Source: Thermoplasmatota archaeon
GTDB taxonomy: Archaea > Thermoplasmatota > Penumbrarchaeia > Penumbrarchaeales > Penumbrarchaeaceae
Reading direction: 5' to 3'
Assembly (NCBI GenBank): GCA_029762535.1
Contig: JARVGK010000044.1
Location: 1-21,318, forward strand
Length of the DNA: 21,318 nt
Shown in pieces: positions 1 through 8,672 of the stretch. Numbering within the stretch: position 1 is the stretch's first letter; each line of letters begins with the position of its first letter. The notes beneath the pieces were generated by a model that was given only the letters and a program-made list of their open reading frames with translations, was not told the DNA's origin and ran no database searches. Both the position numbers and the translations under genes were made by a program.

Positions 1-146
1 GATATCGCCACATCCACCTGGTCTACTCCGTATTCCGTCCCCACATCGCCGTGGGAACGGTCGAAATATGCGATCGCACCGAAAACACCCAATAACATCA
101 TCGCCGCTATTGTCACTATTATGATCTCTTCCTTCTTGCTCTGCAT
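1..146 (-). CDS. Secreted or membrane-anchored protein, 5' part only (runs off window start)
   Basis: Not in ORF track. ATG at 146 with GAGGTG SD upstream. Reads MQSKKEEIIIVTIAAMMLLGVFGAIAYFDRSHGDVGTEYGVDQVDVAI: charged N-terminus then hydrophobic helix. Frame stays open to position 1. Confidence 0.75.
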   Translation of the reverse strand, partial: MQSKKEEIIIVTIAAMMLLGVFGAIAYFDRSHGDVGTEYGVDQVDVAI

Positions 147-289
147 GTCACTACACCTCTCATGATAGATTCTGAGATATGCTATCGAAAAGGTGCAGGA
201 GGTACCCTTATTTAATATTTTTTGTACGGTGGTCGAATGTGATCCGGCAAGTATTTTTATGTCAGTAAATTCCTGTCGGCACGGATACC

Positions 290-685
290 ATGGCAGTACA
301 GCTCTGGAGCGGCGACTGCTCGCTCGTGAAGGGGCGGAAGCTCATACCAGGTTACCTCTCCCTCAGCTCGGCCTCGATGGAGTTCATGTCCCGTTCCAAG
401 GGTTTTCTGGGCATCGGCGGAACGAACTACGAACGCATCTGGAACGTTCAGGCCTCGAGCATAACGTGTGTCAAGATCGGAGATGAGGGGTGGAGGTCAG
501 GCATCGTCCTTGTGGAATACAACGGTAAGAGGGTGAGGTTCCATTTCGAACCATCATCGGTCCTGTCCGCCGTCACCTCGATAAGCTACGCCCTTGACGT
601 GTCAAGGAGGTTGGGGGACGGGGAGAGGTTCTCCATGAAACGGGCCGTCCAGGAGTTCAACGCGGAAGCTGCCAGGACAGCATGA
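290..685 (+). CDS. Hypothetical protein, possible PH-like fold
   Basis: 131 aa with genome-typical codon usage. TTTTTAT box about 30 nt upstream. Pattern of short beta strands (GYLSLS..MEF; IVLVEY; VRFHF) followed by a C-terminal helix. Confidence 0.65.
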   Translation: MAVQLWSGDCSLVKGRKLIPGYLSLSSASMEFMSRSKGFLGIGGTNYERIWNVQASSITCVKIGDEGWRSGIVLVEYNGKRVRFHFEPSSVLSAVTSISYALDVSRRLGDGERFSMKRAVQEFNAEAARTA

Positions 686-911
686 GATCCCTTGTTCTCG
701 ATCACTTTCCAGATTAAAACTCAATATCATGTAGAAACATCTACAACTTATTACATAAATATCGGCAACTCCAAATTGAACACAGCTCCCGCCCCCCTGT
801 CCTCGGGATCCTCCTTCCTATCTATCGATCGTTCATTTGTCTATGTTACCGATAATAAATATGTGTGGTTCATGATCATCGCCCGTTAATTGAAAAGAAA
901 GGATCCGCACA

Positions 912-2090
912 CTACACCGGCTTGAACCTGTTCTTCCTCTTTCGGAGGATCCCCCTCACGATGTTGACGATCCCCACCATCAAAATCACAAGGGATCCCA
1001 GTAAGCATACGTATATCCCGATCCCGAACGATAGGCCCTCCTCCGCTCCCTCGAGCCTGAGGGCGAGAAGGGATACCGCCTCCATCATCCCTATGTAGAA
1101 CCACAGCACCGATCCGAACCCGAACATCGAGGATACCACACACAGGTTCCTGAACACGGCGCTCCTCCTCGTTATCGCAAGGATCCCCAGAATTGAGGTG
1201 AGGATGCAAAGGGATATCAATATCGATGAGAACGGGATCCCCGCCCCCTTCAATATGGAGACGCCCGATACCGGCCTGACATTGATGGGATTGGCGTTCC
1301 CTGTGAGCGTCTGCCTCTCCCCCCTTCCCCAGAAATCCGTCATCGAGGCGTCGATCCTCACGAACACCCCCATGACCTCCACGTTCTCGGGGAACTTGAC
1401 CCCGGCATCTATCCTGAACGACTCGTTGGTCCCCCTCAACGTCCAACCCTCTTTTGATGAGAAGAGCAGCATCTCCTCACCGGTATACCCGCCGGTGTCG
1501 GGATCTATCCTCGTCCTTGCAAGGACCTCCACGCTGTTGACGTTCACTGAGAATTCAGGGTAGAGGCTTTGATCGATCCGATCCTCCAGATCGTGCCCCA
1601 AAAGGGTCACTGTCACATCGATCCCGTTACTTCCCCTCTCGCTCCAGAAAGGTATCATATCCGAATGAAGAGAAACGTTTAGATAGACCCTCGGACTCCC
1701 GGACCCGGACCAAACGATCCCCGAATCCGCAGGGGGGTTCAGCATGATCAGCTCGTAAACGTAGGAACGCGTCCTGTATGAGTCGTATATCAGCCCCAGG
1801 TTGTCAAGGAACTCCCCCCTGGCCTGGGGATAGGTCCTCCTGACAGGGCCAATCGTGGCTCCTCCGCCGAGGTCCCCGCCTATCATACCACCGTCTGTCG
1901 GCTGGGTCCTTATCTCGTATTCGAAACCGATAGGATCGCAGCTTGCCTTCAAAGTGTAATCGACGGGGCCGATGCCCCTGGTCCTCTCGAAATCGGCCCA
2001 TGTGTAGAAGGTGGAGGCCGAACCCGCGACCAGCAGGATCCCTAGGATCATGAACGATGCCGATATCCAGTCTATCTTTTCCCGTTTCAC
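912..2090 (-). CDS. Membrane protein: 1 N-terminal TM, large soluble loop, 3 C-terminal TMs
   Basis: 392 aa, GTG start, TATA-like TTATATATA at about 2112-2120. Hydrophobic segments at about aa 9-28 and three in the last ~110 aa; basic C-terminal tail. Confidence 0.8.
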   Translation of the reverse strand: MKREKIDWISASFMILGILLVAGSASTFYTWADFERTRGIGPVDYTLKASCDPIGFEYEIRTQPTDGGMIGGDLGGGATIGPVRRTYPQARGEFLDNLGLIYDSYRTRSYVYELIMLNPPADSGIVWSGSGSPRVYLNVSLHSDMIPFWSERGSNGIDVTVTLLGHDLEDRIDQSLYPEFSVNVNSVEVLARTRIDPDTGGYTGEEMLLFSSKEGWTLRGTNESFRIDAGVKFPENVEVMGVFVRIDASMTDFWGRGERQTLTGNANPINVRPVSGVSILKGAGIPFSSILISLCILTSILGILAITRRSAVFRNLCVVSSMFGFGSVLWFYIGMMEAVSLLALRLEGAEEGLSFGIGIYVCLLGSLVILMVGIVNIVRGILRKRKNRFKPV

Positions 2091-2134
2091 GCACCGGTAA
2101 TCCGAGCGGTATTATATATAACATGGGTACAAGC

Positions 2135-2154
2135 GGCCCCGCATTGGCGGGGCC
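2135..2154 (-). terminator. GC-rich hairpin downstream of the small ORF (possible terminator or processing site)
   Basis: GGCCCCGC-ATTG-GCGGGGCC is a perfect 8-bp stem about 45 nt after the sORF stop. No long U-tract follows. Confidence 0.35.
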
Positions 2155-2197
2155 TTGCGGGTTCAGTCCATATAAATGATAGCGGCCATGACCTAGG

Positions 2198-2335
2198 TCA
2201 GGGGCCCATCCTCCCCTTCCTCTCGCACGAGCCCGCCACTTCTTTTTCCTCGAGGAACTCACGAAGGTCTATCGCCAGGCTCTTCTGGAGCGCGTCGATC
2301 TCGTTCACGAGGTTCTCGATCCGGACTTCGGTCAT
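2198..2335 (-). CDS. Small protein (45 aa), predicted amphipathic/coiled-coil helix
   Basis: ATG at 2335, GGGGGT SD 5 nt upstream, TGA at 2200-2198. Reads MTEVRIENLVNEIDALQKSLAIDLREFLEEKEVAGSCERKGRMGP. Uses the genome's preferred codons (ATC, CTC, GAG). Confidence 0.6.
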   Translation of the reverse strand: MTEVRIENLVNEIDALQKSLAIDLREFLEEKEVAGSCERKGRMGP

Positions 2336-2358
2336 GGCCTACCCCCTTTGATGGATGG

Positions 2359-2378
2359 CTGGAAATACTCATTTCCAG
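2359..2378. promoter_or_regulatory. Inverted repeat (operator or 5'-UTR hairpin) between the sORF and trmI
   Basis: CTGGAAAT-ACTC-ATTTCCAG, about 23 nt from a minus-strand TTTATAT box (2407-2401). Confidence 0.4.
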
Positions 2379-2472
2379 TGGAACCATCGATACGGGATGC
2401 ATATAAATGAGACGATGGGACATCCCGGGGACACACCCAAACGTATATCTGTTCGGCCTATTCTCCTCCCGT

Positions 2473-3240
2473 ATGAGCGACGATATCAAAGGATACGGGA
2501 GCGTGATACTCCATGATGGTAAGAGGCCCGTTCTTGTTCGCTTCAAAGGCGGTTCCGGCAAGATCGAAGGCGGCGGGGGTTCGATCTCGGCAGCGACCCT
2601 CGAAGGGAAGGGCCCCGGCGACCGGATCAGGATCGGCTCAAGGGAGTTCACATTGGTCCGACCGGACATCCTGGACCATCTGGTCAACCTAAAAAGAGGG
2701 GCGCAGATCATCCTGCCAAAGGACGCTTCCTACATCGTCCTTCATCTTGGATTGAGAAGTGGGGATACCGTCATCGAGGCGGGAGCCGGGTCAGGGGGAT
2801 CCACGCTGGTCCTGCTGAACACCGTGGCTCCAGGCGGCATGGTCTTGACCTACGATATAAGGAAGGAACATCTCGACCTAACAGCGGAGAACGTGGCACG
2901 CTCGGGTCTCTCTTCCTCCTGGGAGGGCAGGCTCGGTGACATAAAGGAGGCGAGGCCACAAGTAAAGGCGGACGCGTTCCTCCTTGACATCCCGGACCCC
3001 GAGAACGCTCTCACCACGGCGAAGGAAGCCCTGAAGCCTGGAGGGAGGCTGTGCTGCTATCTGCCCACGTTCAATCAGGTCGAGAGATGTCATATGGCCA
3101 TGGAAAGGACCGGCTTCATAGACATCAGGGCGGTCGAGCTCCTGGAAAGAACGCTCTCCGTGAAGGAGGGCGCCACCAGGCCATCCACGGAAATGCTTGG
3201 ACACACGGGATACCTGGTCTTCGGCAGAAAGCTATCTTAG
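2473..3240 (+). CDS. trmI: tRNA (adenine-57/58-N1)-methyltransferase (TrmI/Gcd14 family)
   Basis: Motifs KRGAQIILPKD, SAM-binding VIEAGAGSG, LDIPDP, YLPTFNQV and RPSTEMLGHTGYLVFGRK. Start moved from 2407 to the ATG at 2473. Confidence 0.95.
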   Translation: MSDDIKGYGSVILHDGKRPVLVRFKGGSGKIEGGGGSISAATLEGKGPGDRIRIGSREFTLVRPDILDHLVNLKRGAQIILPKDASYIVLHLGLRSGDTVIEAGAGSGGSTLVLLNTVAPGGMVLTYDIRKEHLDLTAENVARSGLSSSWEGRLGDIKEARPQVKADAFLLDIPDPENALTTAKEALKPGGRLCCYLPTFNQVERCHMAMERTGFIDIRAVELLERTLSVKEGATRPSTEMLGHTGYLVFGRKLS

Positions 3241-3699
3241 CCTGTCCTCTATGATCCTCTTCAGCCTAGGGTCCGTCACGCGATGCTGCAGATTGCTGTA
3301 TATCTTCTTGGCCTCGGTGAAACGGACGGTGTCCATGAGCAGCTGGGCGAGATTGAGGTGCGTGTTCATGTCCCCGGGTTGTATCTCCAATGCCTTCCGG
3401 TAGAATGACTCCGCGTCCTCGTAGTTCCTTGCCGCGTGGTGAAGCGCACCCAGAGCGGCGTAGGGCTCGCCGCGCTCAGGGTCCATTATCGATGCCTTCT
3501 TGTATTCGAGCTCCGCGGCCCTGGGCCTGTCCGTCTTCCTGAGGAGGTCCCCGTAGTTCAGATGCACTTCGAAATGGTTCGGATCATATGCCAACGCCTG
3601 GGTGTAGAACCATTCCGCTCCCTTGAGGTCCCCTGCCTTGTGGAGTTTGAGACCCTCCTCGAACATCTGCTTGGCCTTTCTCTTTCCAAGGAAACCCAT
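3232..3699 (-). CDS. Tetratricopeptide repeat protein
   Basis: About 4 TPRs (AEWFYTQALAYDP; AELEYKKASIMDP; AESFYRKALEIQP). GAGGTG SD before the ATG at 3699. Confidence 0.9.
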   Translation of the reverse strand: MGFLGKRKAKQMFEEGLKLHKAGDLKGAEWFYTQALAYDPNHFEVHLNYGDLLRKTDRPRAAELEYKKASIMDPERGEPYAALGALHHAARNYEDAESFYRKALEIQPGDMNTHLNLAQLLMDTVRFTEAKKIYSNLQHRVTDPRLKRIIEDRLR

Positions 3700-3732
3700 A
3701 GGGACCACCTCTACTGCTTGGTGAAAACCGCC

Positions 3733-3744
3733 ATATATTTAAAT
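3733..3744. promoter_or_regulatory. AT-rich TATA element of the divergent TPR/nadX promoter
   Basis: ATATATTTAAAT lies about 34 nt from both start codons. Confidence 0.5.
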
Positions 3745-3777
3745 CATATTCGATTAACTCCCCCCGGACGTGCAAGA

Positions 3778-4560
3778 ATGGATATCGGGATCATCGGCTG
3801 CGGTTTCATAGGGACCACCATCGCCCACTATCTCGAGAACATGGACGAGATCGGGAACATACATCTGATCGATGCGACGGATGCAACCTCCATGAAACTC
3901 GCCTCGACCCTGAAAAAGGGGGAGTCCCACCCTATCGGCGATATACAAGGGTTCATCAGATCGTCGGACCTGATCGTCGAGGCCGCCTCTCAGGAGGCCG
4001 TTTTGGAGTATTCGGAGATGATACTTGGGTCCGGAAAGGACCTGATGGTCCTTTCGGTTGGGGCCCTGGCGGATGCGGCGCTGTGGCAGAATATGAAAGC
4101 GGCTGCCAGAGGGAGCGGGGCTAGGATATTCGTCCCCTCGGGAGCGATCAGCGGCCTGGACGGGATCGGCGCCGCCTCCATGTCCGGGCTGGGATCCGTT
4201 TCCTTGACCGTCAGGAAGCCACCCGGGAGCCTATCACTAGGAGGAGATGTCCCCGAAGAGACCGTTCTCTTCGAAGGAAGCGCTCGGGAGGCCGTTTCGA
4301 GTTACCCCAAGAACGTCAACGTATCAGCCGCGATCGCATTATCCGGGGCTGGGTTCGAAAACACCAAGGTCCGTATCATCGCCGACCCGAACGTGGATAG
4401 GAACACGCACACCCTGAAGGTGAGCGGAAGGTTCGGTGAAATGACGATAGAGATGAGTAACATGCCCTCGGACACCAACCCGCGTACCAGCTACCTCGCC
4501 CCCCTTTCGGCCCTGTACATGATCGATAAGATAATCTCGGGAATATACATAGGGAGCTGA
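3778..4560 (+). CDS. nadX: L-aspartate dehydrogenase
   Basis: IGIIGCGFIG Rossmann motif, VEAASQEAV, LSVGAL, PSGAISGLD, FEGSAREAV..YPKNVNV, NPRTSYLA. True start is the ATG at 3778. Confidence 0.95.
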   Translation: MDIGIIGCGFIGTTIAHYLENMDEIGNIHLIDATDATSMKLASTLKKGESHPIGDIQGFIRSSDLIVEAASQEAVLEYSEMILGSGKDLMVLSVGALADAALWQNMKAAARGSGARIFVPSGAISGLDGIGAASMSGLGSVSLTVRKPPGSLSLGGDVPEETVLFEGSAREAVSSYPKNVNVSAAIALSGAGFENTKVRIIADPNVDRNTHTLKVSGRFGEMTIEMSNMPSDTNPRTSYLAPLSALYMIDKIISGIYIGS

Positions 4561-4566
4561 TCTGAG

Positions 4567-6939
4567 ATGATCGTAAGGAGCATCGATCTGACGTCAAACG
4601 ACCTCGTGGTCGGGGACAGGGTAGATATAATGATCGGTGAGGCGGACCTGAGATCGGGCGAGGATGGTTCGATCCGTATGACCATGATCGCTGGAAAGCC
4701 CGTAGGGGACCTTTCCGTAAGGTCACTGATAGGCTTCTCCAGTTCACGCTTGGAGATGTCCAGTACTGAAGAGGGGTGCGAAGGTACGCTCAACCTCGTT
4801 GCGAACGGAGATCCTGGAGATGCCAGGATCGAGATCACCTTAAGGACGGGGGATGTCGGGGCCACTGCCGGGACCGCATTGATGGAAACGAGGATCGGTG
4901 AAGGGTCCATGGGGATCGAGCTTTCGGAGATCCCCGTACATTGGAACGGCAATGAACCCATATCGATACCTCTCATCTTGAGCTCCCGGTCGAAGGTCAA
5001 AGGCAGGCTCGTGGCGCTCTTGAAAGATACCGGGGATACCCTTTTGAACACCAGCGTATCGTTCAAGGGAGAACATCATCTGTCGATCCTTCTGGACCCG
5101 TCAAAAGCACACGACCTGGAGAGAATGGACATACTTGTACGTTTCACCTCCGGGGATCGGAAGGAAGAGGTGTTGTTCGATGGCGCCGTTTTGCTGGATC
5201 GTATCCCTGATGACCCAAACCCCATACCGGAGATGCTCACAGCAGGGGGGGAGATGGACATTGGGTCCATGGGAAACGGTTTCACCAGTGCCACCCTCAC
5301 GGCGGAGAAGGACCGGACCGTTCTGAAGGCGATCGAGGGAAGGGAGGGAAAATGGGTCCGCATACCCGAAGAGGCAAGAGGGGAATACACGCTGGAACTC
5401 GAGGGACCACATGGCAGGATGATGAAAAAGATCTCGATAGATCCCATACCTCCGTTCCAGCATCTCTCGGTCACCGCCGAAAAAGAGAGCGTCATGTCCG
5501 GGGATGAACTGGACCTGATGGTCCATTTCGAACCCAATGAGACTTCGGACCAAGAGCTTCGCATCAGGATCGGCCATGACAGGCGCATGTTTTTGAGAGC
5601 GCACCTGGATGGACAGAGAACGAGGATGAGATGCTCCCTCAGCGTGCCTCCGGACCACCCTCCTGGTCCCCAACCGGCCATTATCGAGGTATTCAAGGAT
5701 GGGGGCTCCGTCCACAGAGAGGTCGTTGCCGGTTTCATCAATATCATATCATCGTTGTCCCTTCCCGTTGCATTGGAATTGCCGGAACGGGGCAAGCATC
5801 AATATCTTTTTCCGGGTGAATCGGTCAGGGTGGAAGGGTCCTTGGGGCCGTTGAGATGCCTCGAACTCACCTCCGGCAGACGCCTCCTCGCGCTGGAGGG
5901 TTCCACTTTATGGGGGATCGGTTGGAAGGAGGAGGACACGGAAAGAACGCTGGAACTGTACCTTGAATTCCTCTACAGGGACGCCCTGAGGGATATGGAG
6001 AGGGCAAGGTCCATCAGGCAAGGCGCCTTGAGGCAGATGGCCTGCGCCGAGGAAGCCATCTCCTCAAGGCCGACGCCGAATGGAGAAGCGCCGATCGTAT
6101 CTTGTTCCTTCAGATCGATGGCATCGGGAAAGGACCCTAACGAACTATCGAAAGCGATCGCCTCATTCAACGGATCGCTCCTGTCCGGTCGTTCGCTGCT
6201 AGAGGGCTTCGACGCCAGGAACTCCGCTAGAGAATTGGTTGAATCGGTCGTGAGGTCCCTCAAAGGGTATCGGTCATCCTCCACTACCCACACCATTGCG
6301 GCGATAAGGGACGCTGCGAAGGGGATCGAGGACGCTCTGAGAGAGCTCCGTTCTGTTCCTGAGGATCCCAGGGGCCTGATCACGAAGACATTGGACCTGC
6401 TTGTTCATGGATCGCTCCTGCAGATAGAGCTCTCATCCGTGTGGACCGATCCGGCCATATCCTCCTGGGATGATCTGAGGACGCTGCGACAGAGGTACAT
6501 CAAGCGTTCGATACAATGCGCTCTCGACGGCCTTGAGGCCCTGGCCTCGATCCACGCACGAGCCGGAGGGAGGATAAGATCTTTGAGGAACAACATGGAA
6601 GTGAGGAGAGCCCTAAGCTCGACCCGGGAGATCATTTTGAAGGGGACACCTCTTCTAAAGGCCACCGGGACGGGCTCATTGAAGGGGGAGATCGAGATCG
6701 TCCCGGGCCCGTTGAAGGTGGAATCGGACGTTTACGTCTTGAACCCCTCCCCATCGTGGCAGCTGATCTCACCTCTTTCCACGCGCGACAGGACAGGGCA
6801 CTTCATCGGACGCTACGAACTGGACCGCGGACATCCTCTAAGGATCGAGCTGGAGCTCATTCCACCTCAGGGCTCGTTCACGGGATCCCCCGCGATCTTC
6901 ATAAGGCCATCGAGGTATTACCTGGAGGAAGAACCGTGA
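4567..6939 (+). CDS. Large hypothetical protein (beta-sandwich-rich N-half, helical middle, beta C-terminus)
   Basis: 790-aa ORF starting 6 nt after the nadX stop. No signal peptide or TM segment and no recognisable catalytic motif. Confidence 0.8.
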   Translation: MIVRSIDLTSNDLVVGDRVDIMIGEADLRSGEDGSIRMTMIAGKPVGDLSVRSLIGFSSSRLEMSSTEEGCEGTLNLVANGDPGDARIEITLRTGDVGATAGTALMETRIGEGSMGIELSEIPVHWNGNEPISIPLILSSRSKVKGRLVALLKDTGDTLLNTSVSFKGEHHLSILLDPSKAHDLERMDILVRFTSGDRKEEVLFDGAVLLDRIPDDPNPIPEMLTAGGEMDIGSMGNGFTSATLTAEKDRTVLKAIEGREGKWVRIPEEARGEYTLELEGPHGRMMKKISIDPIPPFQHLSVTAEKESVMSGDELDLMVHFEPNETSDQELRIRIGHDRRMFLRAHLDGQRTRMRCSLSVPPDHPPGPQPAIIEVFKDGGSVHREVVAGFINIISSLSLPVALELPERGKHQYLFPGESVRVEGSLGPLRCLELTSGRRLLALEGSTLWGIGWKEEDTERTLELYLEFLYRDALRDMERARSIRQGALRQMACAEEAISSRPTPNGEAPIVSCSFRSMASGKDPNELSKAIASFNGSLLSGRSLLEGFDARNSARELVESVVRSLKGYRSSSTTHTIAAIRDAAKGIEDALRELRSVPEDPRGLITKTLDLLVHGSLLQIELSSVWTDPAISSWDDLRTLRQRYIKRSIQCALDGLEALASIHARAGGRIRSLRNNMEVRRALSSTREIILKGTPLLKATGTGSLKGEIEIVPGPLKVESDVYVLNPSPSWQLISPLSTRDRTGHFIGRYELDRGHPLRIELELIPPQGSFTGSPAIFIRPSRYYLEEEP

Positions 6940-8027
6940 GCTGTGATATCGACACGCTTATCAGAGAGTATCTCTCATTTAGCAATTACAGACATGGCAG
7001 ACAACCTCTGGATGGGATGGATCCCGCGTCGAGGATACGCAGGTCCATTTGGAGGGACGAAGGTGTGGATATCGAAGCAATGACAGGAAAGGGTATCGAC
7101 GATGGCGACCCGATGAACTTGGTTATGGAGATAGGAAAGGCGAACGTGAGGGTCGGATTCCTCCGTAGAAAAAAGGAGAGGATGTTCATAAAGGGCCTCG
7201 CCGACCCCGAAAGGATCCTGGAGAAGTGGACGGACCTCAGAGGACTCTTACTATCCTCCCGTCTCCTTTCAGTTCCGCTCATCCTCAAAGAAGGAAGAGG
7301 TTTAACGGATGCTATCGCTAGCATGTCCATCCCTCCTTCCGCTCAATCCGAGACCTTCTCCCTGGAGCCGGTAGGACGATCTCGACCTTCGGCATCCCAT
7401 GGGACCGCGGAGGAGGACCTTTCCATTTTCGATAAAAGAACGGCCAGGGACCGTGAGCTCGTCCTGAGAGGGGGCCGTAGAGTGAACGACCTCTCGTCGC
7501 TGATAATCGCAGTGATGGAAATGAAGGATGAAGAGCTCTCCGAACTGCTCTTGAACGGGACCCTGACAGGCTTTGCCCGAAAAGGGCTTGGATCCCCCTC
7601 CCTTGAGGCAATATTCACGGAATTGTCAACGGACAGGGACGCAGTGGACATGAAAGGTGTTCGTCAGAGGTTCGGTCTGTGGCTTATGGAGGGTCCTTTG
7701 GGGGCGAGAGCGGTGAGCGAAGTGGTGACGCCCCTGCTGGGTCGAATGGAGAAATGCGGGAGTAAGGAGGCATACCGGATCGCAAGGATGCTCGATCCGC
7801 TCATGGACGAGCGGTCCGCCCAGATAATCCTGGATATGATGTTCAGGGCGCCGCCGGCCAACAGGCCTCCGATGATCAGGCTGCTCTCATCCACGATGTC
7901 CGACATTGCTGTGGACCCCCTTACCAAGCTCGCCGAGATGAGTCTCGTTGATTCGGACAGGAAGGAGGCGAAGATGGCCCTTGAAAGGATGGGCATCGGA
8001 CGGGTCAGGTCTGAACAACGACTATAA
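6936..8027 (+). CDS. Hypothetical protein with C-terminal HEAT-like repeats
   Basis: GTG at 6936 overlaps the upstream TGA (GTGA) and follows a GGAGG SD; 363 aa. C-terminus AVDPLTKLAEMSLVDSDRKEAKMALERMG fits the HEAT/PBS-lyase pattern. Confidence 0.75.
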   Translation: MSCDIDTLIREYLSFSNYRHGRQPLDGMDPASRIRRSIWRDEGVDIEAMTGKGIDDGDPMNLVMEIGKANVRVGFLRRKKERMFIKGLADPERILEKWTDLRGLLLSSRLLSVPLILKEGRGLTDAIASMSIPPSAQSETFSLEPVGRSRPSASHGTAEEDLSIFDKRTARDRELVLRGGRRVNDLSSLIIAVMEMKDEELSELLLNGTLTGFARKGLGSPSLEAIFTELSTDRDAVDMKGVRQRFGLWLMEGPLGARAVSEVVTPLLGRMEKCGSKEAYRIARMLDPLMDERSAQIILDMMFRAPPANRPPMIRLLSSTMSDIAVDPLTKLAEMSLVDSDRKEAKMALERMGIGRVRSEQRL

Positions 8028-8075
8028 ACTTGATAACGTAGAAAGGAATTCACTATCTGTTCGGGGGACCGGTCA

Positions 8076-8672
8076 TTGAGGTTTGACGAAAGGACGGAAC
8101 CACTTCTCGAGGACATCGCCCAGAAGATCATAACATGCAGGAAATGCGCCTTGCATGAGGGAAGGAAGAACGCCGTGCCGGGCGAAGGACCCCAACATGC
8201 GCGTTTGATGATGGTCGGCGAGGCGCCTGGCGCGAAAGAGGACGAGAGCGGACGTCCCTTCGTCGGCCAGGCGGGAAAGCTAATGGACGAACTTCTGGCC
8301 AAGTCAGGTATCAAGAGGGAGGACACGTTCATCACATCCGTGATAAAATGCAGGCCCCCGGATAACAGGAACCCGAATGAGAGCGAGGTCATAAGCTGTG
8401 TACCATATACCCTTGCTCAACTGGATTCGATCTGTCCGGCGGTGATAGTGATCATGGGCAACGTCGCCTACCAGATATTCGCCGAGACCTTCTATCTACC
8501 CAAGAAGAACATAAGTGATGTCAGGGGCAAGGGCTTCAGGCTGCATTCGACTGGCGCCAGGATACTGGTTCCCACCTATCACCCTGCGGCACTGATCTAC
8601 AACAGGAGCCTGATACCACAGTTCCTCGATGACATGAAGACGGTACAATACCATCTCAAGGTCCTGCCTTAG
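8076..8672 (+). CDS. udg: Uracil-DNA glycosylase, family 4 (Fe-S)
   Basis: CRKCAL, VGEAPG, GRPFVG, KCRPPDNRNP, TYHPAA. Confidence 0.95.
   Translation: MRFDERTEPLLEDIAQKIITCRKCALHEGRKNAVPGEGPQHARLMMVGEAPGAKEDESGRPFVGQAGKLMDELLAKSGIKREDTFITSVIKCRPPDNRNPNESEVISCVPYTLAQLDSICPAVIVIMGNVAYQIFAETFYLPKKNISDVRGKGFRLHSTGARILVPTYHPAALIYNRSLIPQFLDDMKTVQYHLKVLP

Noticed and set aside
724-750. TGTAGA-AACA-TCTACA hairpin reminiscent of a Cas12a repeat
   Set aside because: Single copy, arms in the wrong order, no spacers or cas genes.
692-889. 65-aa ORF in the AT-rich convergent spacer
   Set aside because: TTG start without SD and atypical codon usage; likely non-coding.
3436-3777. 114-aa N-terminal extension of nadX in the ORF track
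   Set aside because: It overlaps the antisense TPR gene and the promoter; the Rossmann fold starts at the ATG at 3778. Extensions of trmI (2407), the HEAT-like protein (6756) and the SDR (18707) were rejected for similar reasons.
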